From Octopus vulgaris (lineage: Eukaryota): a stretch of 64,000 nt of DNA. The DNA is taken from NCBI GenBank assembly GCA_951406725.2, contig OX597838.1, positions 44,144,001-44,208,000 on the forward strand. The letters run 5' to 3'. Numbering within the stretch: position 1 is the first letter of the stretch; each line of letters opens with the position of its first letter. Shown here piece by piece: positions 38,442 through 51,801 of the stretch. The notes beneath the pieces were generated by a model, which saw only the letters and a list, made by a program, of their open reading frames with translations, did not search any database and was not told the origin of the DNA. The position numbers were made by a program, and so were the translations under genes.

Positions 38442-38648
38442 CGAAGGGCTCTAAATAGCGTCAGCTTTGCTAAAACTAGAAGGGGAAAATACTCCCAAGA
38501 TGCTACAATTTTGCAGAGGTAAGACGCTCTCCTTATTCACTTAGTGTCTTTCTAACCATACATGTAAAAATTTAGTGTTGATTCTTGTGGCTTCGGAGTA
38601 TTTTTGACCCCTAATTTTAGCATAGCTGGTGCTTCTTAGTGCCCTTGG
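38442..38648. mobile_element. Tc1/mariner-type MITE
   Basis: About 55-bp imperfect TIRs (CGAAGGGCTCTAA..AAAATACTCC / GGAGTATTTT..TTAGTGCCCTTGG) with TA flanks. Confidence 0.7.
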
Positions 38649-38789
38649 TATATAGAATTATGCTTAGACGGAGTTGCAGTTAAGTTATGATCTTTGTGGA
38701 TCTTAAAATGTCTTTTGAGGCCTCCGTTACATTTGCAGACCTTGTGGTATACACTGCATTGAAAAGTGTGCACAGACATATAGGCAGAG

Positions 38790-39060
38790 GAGTTGGTTTT
38801 TCATGGGTCCGCAAATGAGGTTTGAGGTCAACGAAAGAAAGACATGGTCTGTCACAAACTATGCACACAAAAAAGTTCACTGAGATTCACCTTCTCGATC
38901 GCAATACTCTTCTTTAAATATCGCTTGAGTCTAGCATGTTTCATTTTGGCTCCTAAAAACCTTCCACTCCACTCCACACTTTTGTTCGCCGTCCAGTTCG
39001 ATCAGAAGCACGGGTTTCTATGGTCTTTGGACGCATTCCAAGTGATTTCATGGTAGTTCT
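38790..39060 (-). mobile_element. RTE-clade LINE C-terminal fragment
   Basis: MKSLGMRPKTIETRASDRTGRRTKVWSGVE followed by C2H2-like FVCIVCDRPCLSFVDLKPHLRTH. Confidence 0.7.
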
Positions 39061-39138
39061 TATATATAAATATATATATAAGAGGGTATTGCAGTTCGCT
39101 GGAAGCATTGTGTGTTGTTTGTGAAGTGTAACGTATTT

Positions 39139-39420
39139 GGAATGACACAACAATGCAGAGTAGACAATAATAGCTGTTATACATAATTTAATTATTCCTG
39201 GTCAAATATAATATTTCGGAAAATAAAAATTCCTTCTTCAGATATTCTTCCAACTGTTACTGAAATTTCAGTTGGAAGACCAACTATAATAGTGACTCCA
39301 TTACTTTTTAGCAATATCTGAAGATGGAATTTTTATATTCCGAAATATTATATTTGACCAGGAATAATTAAATTATTTATAACAGCTATTATTGTCTACT
39401 CTGCATTGCTATGTCATTCC
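39139..39420. mobile_element. Penelope-like inverted arms with hammerhead motif (39313-39354, +)
   Basis: Arms at 39139-39246 and 39313-39420; AATAT-CTGAAGA-T-GGAAT..ATTCC-GAAAT-ATT-ATATT. Confidence 0.75.
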
Positions 39421-39446
39421 ATACACTTTACATTCTATACATATAT

Positions 39447-39868
39447 ACTCTTTTACTCTTTTACTTGTTTCAGTCATTTGACTGCGGCCATGCTGGAACA
39501 CCGCCTTTAATCGAGCAACTCGACCCCGGGACTTATTCTTTTGTAAGCCCAGTGCTTATTCTATCGGTCTCTTTTGCCGAACCGCTAGATAACGGGGACA
39601 TAAACACACCAGCATCGGTTGTCATGCAATGCTAGGGGGACAAACACAGACACACAAACACACACACATACATATATATACGTGCATATATACGACAGGC
39701 TTCTTTCAGTTTCCGTCTACCAAATCCACTCACAAGGCATTGGTCGACCCGAGGCTATAGCAGAAGACACTTGCCCAAGATGCCACGCAGTGGAACTGGA
39801 CCCGAAACCATGTGGTTGGTTAAACCATGTGGTTGGTTAGCAAGCTACTTACCATATAGCCACTCCTA
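39447..39868 (-). mobile_element. SINE family A
   Basis: Reverse complement of the consensus, with a short internal duplication AAACCATGTGGTTGGTT x2. Confidence 0.88.
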
Positions 39869-39882
39869 TATATATATATATA

Positions 39883-40199
39883 TAGGAGCGCTCCGTCGGT
39901 TGCTACGACGAGGGTCCCACCTGATACGATCAACGGAAGAGCTTTGCTCGTGAAATTACCGTGCAAGTGGCTGAGCACTCCACAGACACGTGTAATTCTC
40001 GGGGAGATTCAGCGTGACACAGAGTGTAACAAGGCTGACCCATTGAAATACAGGTACAACTCATTTTTGCTAGGTGAGTGGACTGGAGCTACGTGAAATA
40101 AAGTGTCTTGCTCAAGGACACAACACGCCGCCGGGAATTGTGCTCACGACCTTACGATCATGTGTCGAATGCCTCTAACCACTAAGCCACGCGCCTTCA
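39883..40199 (-). mobile_element. tRNA-derived SINE family D
   Basis: Minus strand GGCGCGTGGCTTAGTGGTTAG..GTGTCCTTGAGCAAGACACTTT (CORE-like). Confidence 0.75.
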
Positions 40200-40302
40200 T
40201 ATATATATAATCAAAATGAGGGTGAAAAATTGGATATTAATTTGATATCATCAGTTTGACACCAATTGTCTAGCATATTAAAAAACTGAGGTTCAGTAAA
40301 TA

Positions 40303-40426
40303 CATACATATGAGAGGAATTACCACTATGTGGACCCCCTAATGTTCTAGAGAACATTAATTAGTGGTAAGACCATAGCGGATATACTTCTAGCATTAGG
40401 GTGTCCACATAGTGGTAATCCCTCTC

Positions 40427-40436
<10 letters not shown>
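40303..40436. repeat. About 40-bp inverted repeat
   Basis: ATATGAGAGGAATTACCACTATGTGGAC pairs with GTCCACATAGTGGTAATCCCTCTCATAT. Confidence 0.8.
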
Positions 40437-40476
<40 letters not shown>

Positions 40477-40834
40477 CGAGTAGACGTATGATGGTACAAG
40501 TGGAATTCAGAGTGACAAAACTTAACTCCGTCGCCGACGAACATTTAGATTAATTATCGTTTTTGCATAAAATCTGTAGAAAACTTTTAGCTGAAATTAA
40601 TATTGATCTTTTGACTTTGGTGTAAGATTAAATATATTTTGGTCGGAGCTATAATCGATATTAATGACTCGAGTAAATTACTTGACAAAATAGGTGACAA
40701 GAAAATCGGAACAGGTAAAACGTTGCTGCCAAGAAGTTCTGCAACTATGAGAGTCGCGATTACAACCGAATGTGCGCCATTTTGATGTCTTGCAGTATGA
40801 TAAAGAGTGTATAAAATCAGTAAATGACTGAATG

Positions 40835-41232
40835 AGGCGCAGGAGTGGCTGTATGGAAAGTAGCTTGCTTACCAACCACAAGGTTTCGGGTTCATTCCCA
40901 CTGCGTCGCACCTTGGGCAAGTGTCTTCTACTATAGCCTCGGGGCAACCAAAGCCTTGTGATTGGATTTGGTTGACGGAAACTGAAATCCCGTCGTATAT
41001 ATGTATGTGTGTGTATATGTTTGTGTGTCTGTGTTTGTCCTTCAACATCGCTTGTCAACCGATGGTGGTGTGTTTACGTCTCCGTAATTTAGCAGTTGGG
41101 CAAAAGTGACCAATAGAATAAGTACTTGGCTTCCAAAGTCCTGGGGTCGATTTGCTCGACTAAAGGCGGTGCTCCAGTATGGCCGCAGTCAAATGACTGA
41201 AACAAGGAAAAGAGTAAAAGAGGAAAAGAGAG
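40835..41232 (+). mobile_element. SINE family A, full length
   Basis: Matches the consensus head to tail. Confidence 0.9.
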
Positions 41233-41367
41233 TGAATGAGTTAGCGAATTAGTGAGTGAGCGACTAGGTGATTGAGTGATGAGTGAGTGAGTGAAAAAAT
41301 GTCTCCAAAATTATAGCCACCCTAGTAACAAAGAGCATTAGAAACAGCGATATATTTTCTAAGATTA

Positions 41368-42619
41368 CGAGGGTCGGCTGAAAAGTTCCTAAGATGTCTC
41401 TCCTAGTTTCATGGAATGTGATCAGATGAGGTTTATTTTTGAGCATAGTCCCAGTTGTGATCCATACACTTCTTCCATCCGTGTTGCTCTGCTTGAATCC
41501 CTTTCGTGAAGACGCTCTTATCCTGTTGTTCAAAAAAGCCATCAGCAGCAGATATGGCGTGACTATCACTGCTATACTGGCTCCCAGCCACACAATTTTC
41601 ATGTTGGGAAACTGATGATAGTGAGATGGGAACAAACAAGGAGAGTAGAGATGGTGATCAACCAGTTCAAAGTTTAAATCATGCACACCAGCCATTGAAA
41701 CCAGGGGTTTTTGTGTAGGAGCTTTTTCTTCATGAAACAAGATAGGTTTTGTTAGTTTTCCTGGGTGTTTGGTTTTGATAGCCTTTCGTAACTGCCTCAG
41801 CAAGTTGGCGTTTCAATCCCCATTGGTGTTATGGCCCTTTTGACGATTGTTGATAAACACAATTCCTTTTGCATCCCCCAAAACTAAAGCTTTCAATTCC
41901 TCTGCAGATGGATCAACCTTTGCCTTCTTTGTGCACGAATTGTCTCTTAGTCTCTAGCTGAAATTTGTGAAACCAACACTCATCGTGGGTTAGGAAAGGT
42001 TCAAGGAAACCCAACTGGGTCTTCCTGAAACAATGTCAGATTTCTCGTGAAGTAATCAGTCGTGTGCGCTTTTGATTAGTTGTCACTGGACGTGGCACCC
42101 ACCGAACAGAAACTTTCGACATGCAAAGTTCATTGAACATAATGTTCTCAACTTTCTCACGGGATATGCTAGTAACATTGGATATTTGGTTTATAGTCAA
42201 CCACTTGTCATTCATCAGTGTGTAGTGAACACAATCAATGTCTTTTCTCGGTGTGGTAGTTACAGGACATCTTCAAGACTTCCTCTTCTCCTCCTAAATT
42301 CATCTGCCCAATTTTGCACTGATCATAAAGCGGGAGCTTTATCCCCTTATGTAGAAACCACGTTAGCATGACTGCCTTCATCAGCTAAACCCTTTTACCA
42401 CACTTACTTGTTAATACCACGATGCCAAATTTTGCTCAGTTTCAAAAGAAGTCGCTACTAGTTACTTCTGAAGTTTTCTTGAAACAGTCGGATGTCAGTT
42501 TATCTGAAGAGAAAGAATGCAATTATTTATATGAAGGGTTGAAATTAATGCATGCGAGATTTCTCAACTTTAACATTACTCTTTCATAGTAAACCTGAGA
42601 GCTTTTCAGTCGGCCATCT
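41368..42619 (-). mobile_element. Full-length decayed mariner transposon
   Basis: TIRs CGAGGGTCGGCTGAAAAGTTC / GAGCTTTTCAGTCGGCCATCT with TA flanks; LRQLRKAIKTKHPGKL, YSPCLFPSHYH, WKKCMDHNWDY. Confidence 0.9.
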
Positions 42620-42653
42620 TATATGCATAAATATGTGTGTGTGTGTGTGTGTA

Positions 42654-42704
<51 letters not shown>

Positions 42705-43084
42705 GTGTGCGCGCGCGCGTGTGTGTGTGTTCAAGAGTGATTTGTGAATTTTTATGTCAAATCCTTAGTCCCACAGCGGTTGAATCTTTTGCACAGCTGA
42801 CAGATTTTTCTCGTGACAAGCTCTTCTCGCACCCGTCCACATGTATCCACCTGTACATTGGCAAACTGATGATCCTTACTACGCCTTATAACCTTTCTAC
42901 AGTCAAGACACAAACAAATGAAATAAAAACAGCTATAATTTATTCACTCTTATATTTATGCATTTGCTGTTAACTCTCCTATCTCGTTTCTATTAACATT
43001 TCTGGTGCCTCACTAGATAGCATCCTTGGTTTGCTAGTGTTAAATGAGTATTTTATTGAAGTATTTTGTCGATTCAAGTTCATC

Positions 43085-43290
43085 TATTTTCTCCGCCCAT
43101 TATTCCTGCAAGGGTTGTGAGGGTAGAGTTCTTTGGCATCTCCTCCATACGGTTTTATCTGAAGCAACCGTTATTACACTTTCCGCTTGATTTCCAAAGC
43201 ATGACCCACAAGGACAAATATATATTATCCAAACCTCGTTCTTGGTCTACCACGAGGTCTCCTGCCGGTTGGCTCAGCTTAAAGAATTAG
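43085..43290 (-). mobile_element. RTE-clade LINE 3' fragment
   Basis: AEPTGRRPRGRPRTR..DNI..ESVITVASDKTVWR. Confidence 0.65.
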
Positions 43291-44269
43291 CGTTACGATT
43301 GTTTCCTGAGAAATTCTAATAGCAATTCAATAGTACCTACACCGTGACCTCTCAGTGCATAGAATTAGTGGATCGACCCGGAGAGTTTCTTCGATCCCCG
43401 AACTATACATCCTGTTGAGTAATTTTTGATGAATAATATTTCGGTCGCTTGTGTTCGCGATCGTATCTTTCGATCTGCCATTAACAGTTATGATCATACG
43501 TGAACTGAGGCACGTAAACCGAATTGAAGATAGCAAGTTTGGTTGTTTTATCAATCTCTCCTCTTTCGAAGACTACAGCACCGAGTTACTTAAATTTCTT
43601 TATTTACCTCAGCGATTCAACTTCAAATACGGCACAAATCACACTGAATGTTTTATCATATATCACCGAACAATCATGCTCAGCTATTTTAAATCAGTTT
43701 CATGTAAAAAAAAACCTTCACATTTTGGCCAAAGAACCTACTTTCGACAAAGCAATTCTAGTTTAAAAAGTTAATTAAATGTAAATTAATTATTTATATC
43801 GATGGTGTTACGTAAAATGAAACTCACACCATGTTGAGACGAAGTGATATTCAAACATAAAAGAACGTCTGAGTATCAATTAATACACGTGTGCGATCAC
43901 GTGTGTATATATACAAAGGCTCGTGCATTTGTTCGTAGAGATTCTATCTACACGAAAAACGTTTACACAATTCTGCATTGGAGGCATTTGGCCGGCATGT
44001 AAGGCCTTTCACTGTCTCCCTGTTCCTGTCTCCTCTTTTTCTCAACTATTAGAAGAAATGAAAAAGGGATTTTGCTTGGTTAATTTTAAATTTCTCCCTA
44101 CGAAAAACCATTACGCAAGGCAAACCCGTACTTGAGCTATCGCAACCAGCATATGAGAAGTTTCTCTCTCTTTGTCTCTTTTCTCTGCTCTTAAAAATTA
44201 AGAAAGAGAAAAATGAATTTAGCTTAATTAATTTCAAGTCTTCCATAACCTGTTTCCGGTAACCAGAAC

Positions 44270-44706
44270 AACAAAAAGAAGAGGAAGAAAAAGAAATGAA
44301 GAAGAAGAATAAAATGAAGAAGAAGAAGAAGAAGAAGAAGAAGAAGAAGAAGAAGAAGAAGAAGAAGAAGAAGATGCAGAAGAAATGAAGGAGAAGAAGA
44401 CGAAGAAAAAGAAGTAGAAGAAGAAAGAGAAGAAGAAGAAGAAGGAGAAGAAGAAGAAAAAGAAATGAAGAAATTGAAGAAAAAGAACTTGCATAAGAAG
44501 TAGAAATGAAGAAGAAATGAAAAAGAAGAAGAAGAAGAAGAAGAAGAAGAAGAAGAAGAAGAAGAAGAAGAAGAAGAAGAAGAAGAAGAAGAAGAAGCAG
44601 AAACCATAAAAAACTAAGCCTGATTAAATACTGCGCACATTTTTTGGAAATTAATTGTCTCGGCTCGTTATTGTGATTTGGCAATAACTAAATACTCTGG
44701 TGGGAC

Positions 44707-44756
<50 letters not shown>

Positions 44757-44767
44757 CAACAACAACG

Positions 44768-44801
<34 letters not shown>

Positions 44802-44870
44802 CAACAACAACAACAATAATAATAATAATAATAATAACAACAACAACAACAACAATTATAATAATAATAA

Positions 44871-44901
<31 letters not shown>

Positions 44902-44927
44902 AATAACAACAACAACAACAACAACAA

Positions 44928-44981
<54 letters not shown>

Positions 44982-45072
44982 CAACAACAACAACAATAAT
45001 AATAAAAATAAAAATAATAATAATAATAATAATAATAACAACAACAACAATAATAATAATAATAAAAATAAA

Positions 45073-45134
<62 letters not shown>

Positions 45135-45137
45135 TAA
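44270..45137. repeat. Compound (GAA)n and (AAT/AAC)n microsatellites
   Basis: Direct reading; interrupted by a 110-bp island at 44598-44707. Confidence 0.95.
44598..44707 (+). mobile_element. Extremely truncated R4/Dong 3' end
   Basis: With frameshifts reads ETI.KLSLI.TAHIFWKL, compare EIQKIVFMGTAHILRKI; followed by (TAA)n. Confidence 0.5.
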
Positions 45138-48056
45138 TGTCACACAGTAGTAGTAACAAAGGCAGCAGATTAAGTAAATAAGGATTACACTGTCACTATG
45201 GCTACAAAGGTTAGAGTTATACCACTCTAATGGTGTACTAATCACAAAAAATATTAATATTAATAGTGCGGCATTTTCCAAGGTGACTCACTTTCAACTT
45301 TAATTTTCTGCATAACCCTAATACGTGTTGCAGGCGAACTGAAGAGAACAGGGAAAAGATATAAAATTGGCGACAAGAACATAAGTCATCCATTTTATAT
45401 GGATGACTGAAAACTCTATGGCAAAGACGATAATGAGCTTGAAGGACTACTACGTACTGTGAAAGCATTCAGTGATGACATTGGGATGGAATTTGATCTG
45501 AATAAGTGTGCCAAGGCCACTTTCCAGAAAGAGAAACTGAAGACCTCACATTCAGTGGTGTTGGATATTGATAGTCATAAAAGTACTCGAGTAGGAACAA
45601 ACTTACAAATACCTCGGAATAAATGAGGGCTCTGGCATTCAACATGAAATTATAAAAGAGAAGATCAGAAAGGAGTATTACAGGAGAGTTCGAGCATTCC
45701 TAAAATCCGAGTTAAATGCGCGTAACAAGATGTTAGCTATAAATTCCTTTGCAGTTCCCGTTGTTATTTATAGTTTCAATGTGTTGAACTGGAATATGAG
45801 CGAAATATGGAAGATTGGCAGGAAAATCCGTAAGCTGCTGACTTGCAATGAGATGCACCACCCAAAGGCAGAAGCAGATCGAGTTTGCCTGCCTAGAGCT
45901 CAAGGAGGTCGAGGCATGATCCAACTTGAAATCTTCTACAAAACCACCATAATTGGACTGGCAAAATATCTTGAAAACCATGAAAGACGTAAGAAGCTTC
46001 ATTCTGTTATGCTTGAGAGAAAAAGTTTTCAAGTGAGTTTATACATAATATCCAGGTTGAACAACATGAGGGAAATGCGGTAAATGTAGTTGCAAAGAAG
46101 GTGAAATCAATAGCAAAGCAAAATGTGCTTAAACAATTGGCCGATAGGTGGGAAGAAAAACCTCTGCATGGCAAATATGTGGCTCATAGCAAACAAGCTG
46201 ATATAGACCAGAAGCACACCCATCAGTGGCTACGGAGATTAGGGCTAAAGGCAGAGAGTGAAGGCTTTATCTTGGCTGCCCAAGATCAGAGTTTGTTGAC
46301 TCGGAACTAAAAAGCCAGTGTGATGAAAAATGGTGTAGATCCAAAGTGCTGATACTGCAACGATGGGATAGAAACAACTGACCACCTAATCTCTGGATGT
46401 AAGGTTTTAGCATCTGTAGAGTACAAATCAAGATATGACAGAGTTAGCCAATATATACATTGGATAATGTGTCGGCATTATAAAGTCAAAACTGCTGACA
46501 AATGGTACAAACACCACCGCGAGGGAGAAAATGTAATTAGTCTTTGGGACTTCCCAGTATGTACAGAGTGGACTGTCAAGGCAAACAAACCAGATATTGC
46601 TGTGAAAGACGAAAGCAATAAAGTCTGTTTATTGATTGACATGAGTATTCCCTGTGACCATAATATCTTGGCACAGTTATTAGTCTTCTTTTACATAGGA
46701 ACCACCCAGAGTTACGCATTTCTCCCATCGTTTGATGCAGCTCTGGAGACCGTTTTTGTAGAAGACCCCAGCTTGGTCCTCCAACCACGACGTGACTTAA
46801 GAAATCAAGGCTGCATCATCTGGGAAACGCTTTCCTTTCAAAAACAACTTCATGGCTGGGAAGAGGTGAAAATCCGAGGGTGCAAGGTCAAGAGAGTAGG
46901 GGCATGGGGGAGGAGTTCATAGCCGCACGCCTGTGCTTCTGATCTGGCGACCATCGAGTTGTGGACCGGAGCGTTGTCCTGCAGGAGGAGGATGCCTTTG
47001 CTGATCTTGCCCCGCCTCTTGATTTTGATAGCTTCTCTTAATTTCCTCAAAAGTGAAGCATAATAGGCTCCTGTAATTGTGGTACCCTTCGCCAGGAAAT
47101 CTGTCATCACTACTCCGTCCTGGTCCCAGAAGACTGTGAGCATGACCTTGCTAGCGGAGGGCTGCACCCTTGCCTTTTTTGGAGGAGGTGAGTCACGGTG
47201 CTTCCACTGCATTGACTGGGCTTTTGTCTCTGGATCATAGTGATGGACCCAGGTTTCATCCTGTGTAATCAGTCTTTTGAAAAATTTTGACTCATCTTCT
47301 TGGCACATCTCCAAATTCATCCTCGAGCACTCGGTCATATGATGGGGCATCATCACCATAAGTTACTTTCATTCCATCAAAAGTCTCCCTTGGTGTGCGT
47401 CCTTTCAAATATAAAAAGTGGATCACTGCCCGACACTCAACAGGCTCCATTTCACACTTGACTCAGTTCAAACACCTGTAAATCGAAGACCACAATTAGT
47501 TCAGAGCTGTAATTTGCCACTTAATCTATAGAGATACAAATAATTGCACATGCAAAATTTCAGCTACATCAAACAACTGCAAGCGGGTCAAAGGCATTAC
47601 TTATTGAACGCCCCTCGTAAACTCAGAAAGTATAAAGATTTGCTAAGCGAAATCGAAATCGAAAAGGTGTGGCATCTAGAGACGATTATAATATTAGTGA
47701 TTGTAGGAGCACTTGGAATGATAAAAAACAGGAACTGAAAATTATTTAAGAATGATCCCTGGCTTATCATCCATGCAGGAAGTGCAAAAGATTGTCTTAA
47801 CTGGTACGTCACACGTATTGAGAAGAGCATCGTCGCCGGGAATTTTGGTACCTTTTTCCTTTTTTATTTTATTTTACTTTTCTATTTTTCATTTTCTATT
47901 TTTCTCTTTGTCTCCTCCTTTTTCTCTATCACATGACTTTGTAAATGTACAATCTGGTGTGTTTATTTGAATGGCCTACCAATGTATACAGTACGTTTCT
48001 CTGCCCTACGTGTCAGGAAGGCACTCGGCAAGAAATGGAAACAGAATTGAAATTAG
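45137..48056 (+). mobile_element. R4/Dong LINE, third family, with RT and RLE, interrupted by a mariner
   Basis: GIFQGDSLS, YMDD, YKYLGI, HHPKAEADR..GGRG, AAQDQSL, KPDI..IDMSIP | KLRKYKDL, LTGTSHVLRR; (TAA)n on both sides. Confidence 0.9.
46674..47617 (-). mobile_element. Mariner transposon, internally deleted, one TIR lost
   Basis: ATG at 47450 (MEPVECRAVIHFL); ITQDETWVHHYDPE, LLQDNAPVH, YSLDLAPSDFHLF (DD34D); stop near 46680; TIR TTATTGAACGCCCCTCG-TA on the right only. Confidence 0.92.
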
Positions 48057-48130
<74 letters not shown>

Positions 48131-48189
48131 TTCGGTTTTTTGGGGTTTGCAAGATTCTTTATATGAATTCTTGTGTTGAAGTATATTTT

Positions 48190-48412
48190 ATTGTGTCTGG
48201 GGAGAGTAATTCTGTTTTAATGCTTTATTAATTAACACACTTACCGGCTCGATTTCCACTCATTTACTTATTTATCTTTTCTAAATAACGACTATTGAGG
48301 AGGTTGCAAGAAGCAGCGAAAATTTTAGAAAAAATAAGTAAATGAGTGGAAATCGAACCGGTGAGTGTGTTAATAAGGCATTAAAACAGAATGACCCTCC
48401 CGAGACGCAAGA
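48190..48412. repeat. About 90-bp inverted repeat
   Basis: ATTCTGTTTTAATGC..GATTTCCACTCATTTACTTATTT pairs with AAATAAGTAAATGAGTGGAAATC..GCATTAAAACAGAAT. Confidence 0.8.
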
Positions 48413-48514
48413 TAATAATAATAATCCTAAGAATTTCAGCGGCCCTTTGCCTCTCCATAATATTAACGCTAATAATGATGATAATAATAACAATAATAAT
48501 AATAAACACAATAA

Positions 48515-48920
48515 TAGGCTGCATGGTAAGAAACTGGCTTTCCACCACATAGTTCCGGGTTCAGTCCCACTGCGTGACGCGTTGGGCAAAGTGTTTTCTG
48601 CTATAGCCGCGAGCCGATGAAAACATTGTGAGTGGATTTGGTAGACGGAAACTGAAAGAAGCCCGTCATATATATATGTGTGTGTGTATGTGTTTGTGTG
48701 TGTGTGCGCGCGTGTGTGCGTGTGTCCCTCCCCCGCCATCACTTGACAACCGATGTTGGTGTGTTTACGTCACCAAAACTTAGCGGTCCGGCAAACGATA
48801 CCAATAGAGTAAGTGCTAGGCTTACAATAAGTACTAGGCTTTCTTCGACTAAAAACGGTGTTCCAGCATGGCCGCAGTCAAATAACTACAAGAAGTAAAA
48901 GAATGTAAAAATGTAAAAGA
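48515..48920 (+). mobile_element. SINE family A, diverged
   Basis: GGGTTCAGTCCCACTGCGTG..GTGAGTGGATTTGGTAGACGGAAAC..CCAGCATGGCCGCAGTC. Confidence 0.85.
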
Positions 48921-50015
48921 ATGTGTGTGTGTGTGTGTGCGTAAATATGTGTGTGTGTGTATGTCTGTGTGTGTGTGTGTGCGTAAATATATGTGTGTGT
49001 GTATGTCTGTGTGTGTGTGTGCGTATATATGTATGTGTGTGTATGTGTGTGTGTGTTTGTGTGTGTGTGTGTGCGTGTGCATATAAGTTTCGTGCCTAAT
49101 TTATCGACTACTATATTATCTGAGATGTTCAGCCACATTTATGAAACTACGTAGTTCTTAGTACGGCCGATTTCATTACTATTTCCCGCTGGCAGAAACG
49201 ACCGCTCCGTTCAATGGTCATCATTTGCTGTGGTCACAGTTTCTCATTTCCAAAACTACTCAACTCTTTTGACATATCATGCGTGTCCTCCATTGAACTT
49301 CGTAAGAAATTTTACAGCGAGATGACCGCACGCATTTACCTTGAGATCGATAACTGATTTCTAGATACGATAGTAATACTTCGTAACTCGAGGTAAACAC
49401 TTCACTTGTTGTTTACGGCAAGATTTGAAGAAGCAAAAAAATCTCCAACTGCAAACCTGTATTGTGATAATGAATGAATCAGTGCCCTTTATCCTTAAGG
49501 TAACATGGAAGGAAATAATTATACTAGCTTCGATATTAGAACATATAATGCTTGAAAACACTCTTGAGAGTTGCTATCCGGAATATATTTGTAGGAATCT
49601 TACAGAATGCAATTTTCCTAAGAATCCCCAGGAGTTCAGTTTATTTCAATATAAAAGATTCTCCTTGTAGGAAAGAACACGAGAAAACTGTGGACTAAGA
49701 TTTCGGGCTAAAAACATAAATATGCATAATATATGTGATTGTGTGTGTGTGTGTGTGTGTTGTTGTTGTTGTTGGTGTATGTACGTGAACAAAAGGACTG
49801 TAAAGACTCAGGGAGATTTAGATTCGCTAATAATAATAATGTTTTCTTTGCATTATTCTTATTTTAGGTTTTTTAGTGAAAAATGCAAAAGAAAGCAATG
49901 AAGAAAGAAAAAACAAAAACAAACCCACAAAAATTTCGGAGAATATTTCCTTATTTTCATATGAAAGAACAGATTAAATTTATACATATTTATGCCTATA
50001 TGCATACACACATAA

Positions 50016-50089
<74 letters not shown>

Positions 50090-50489
50090 GTACATATATA
50101 TATATATATATATACATATGTATATACATATATATATTGCAATATATAAGGGCTTAGAGGAATATTCTGACAAAAATCTCATGGATTTATGAACGAAATC
50201 CCACATAGAAAAGTTGCTGCTGATAAAATTATTAGAATATTTTCTTCTAACTGCCTGGGCTTATGGTGTCATGTGCGCATTTTGCATACATCTTTTAGCT
50301 TTCAGTATTTTCTCTCTCCTCACACACACACATACAGACTCACACACACACATATACATATATACATATTTGTGTGTGTGTGTGTGTGTGTGTGTATCAG
50401 AATATATATCATATTTTCCTTATCGCTCTGTGATCTTTCATATAGAATATGTATATACGCGTATGAATGTATGTAGGAAAAACCCTCTT

Positions 50490-50811
50490 CGCTCGCGAAT
50501 GACCAAAGGACTGCACCACGAATGTACCCTTCAGAGGCACAGGTCCGGCGAGGTTGTTTTCTGGAACCACCATTCGACCATGTATTCTAGTCTCCCCTTT
50601 CCATGTCACCGATGTTATCCGAGGGAAAGGTAAAGACCGATACAGCTTGGAACCAGTGACATCGCAACTCATGTATACACCTGAGTGAACTAGAACGACA
50701 CAAAATCAGTTGTTTTCCGAAAGAACACAACACACAGCCTGGTCCAGGAATCTAACTCACAGTCTCATGTTTGCACGCCCTATTCTGCAACCACTGAGTC
50801 ATACGCCTTCA
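50490..50811 (-). mobile_element. SINE family D-like, diverged
   Basis: Minus strand TGAAGGCGTATGACTCAGTGGTTG head is similar to the one at 40199. Confidence 0.55.
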
Positions 50812-50812
50812 A

Positions 50813-50843
<31 letters not shown>

Positions 50844-51437
50844 TGTATGTATGTATGTATGTATGTATGTATGTATATATGTATATATGTATGATTACTT
50901 CCCCTCGCTGCATTTCTCGAACATTTCCTTAAACCACCATAGCTAACCGTTGGACAAACATTACATGTTATCAACAAGCATATGAAACAAGACAAATAGA
51001 TATTATTCTTTATAGCAGGAATAAAACCATGATCATGTTTTGTTTACAGAAAAGTTGAAAATAAAAACTAATATTAAAATATATTCAAAAATTTGACCAA
51101 TAAAATTTAGCCGATTTGTTTTATTCATTTTTATTTTCTTTTTCAAATCCAATTATCACAGATTATATTGCAATGGTCGCTAAGGGAAGAGAAATAAACT
51201 TATTACAATGATTAATCTCTTCTGAATATATTTGGTTTGAATTAGAATATGAAATGAATTGGGAAAACATACAATAGAAGACGACTGAAATACCGTAACA
51301 ATAAAAGCGTTTTCCACTGATGTGGCAGCATGAGTGTTGTAAACATGCCTGGCTGCTGAGATGGCGATGTAGTAAAAAGGTTTATCAGGAAGCCAAGAGA
51401 TTAGGAGTTTGAGTCCATAAGAAGCAACATAAGCTTA

Positions 51438-51801
51438 TCTCTATGTATATATTCGGCAAAATGTTAGTGTGTGTGTCCTTTATACAAATCCACAATGTTT
51501 CAGTTAGAGGGCTCGCACTTTCTATGGTTATTTAAAACCGGCCAAGGGTGGTCGTGCATATCTTTACATTTCCCCAGTCACCCCGCAAAGCCATTAAAAG
51601 ATCAATAGAAGTGACTTTTTTGTGAATTTTCTATCCTAAACCCAATCAAAATGCCCGAAACTTGATACGTCAATTGAATGCCAGCTAGCTGTATGTGATT
51701 GGTCGGAGATTTGGACAGTACTCGTGTGTATGTGCGTACGCACGCAGCTGTATATGAATGCACTAGCAGTATGACCCGGCGTTACCGGATCATAGTGCTA
51801 G
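51438..51801 (+). mobile_element. Non-autonomous Helitron, second family
   Basis: A|TCTCTATGTATATA 5' end; TATGACCCGG..CCGGATCATA hairpin followed by CTAG|T. Confidence 0.8.

Noticed and set aside
38790-38880. C2H2 zinc-finger host gene
   Set aside because: A single finger directly following an RTE C-terminal sequence is better explained as LINE
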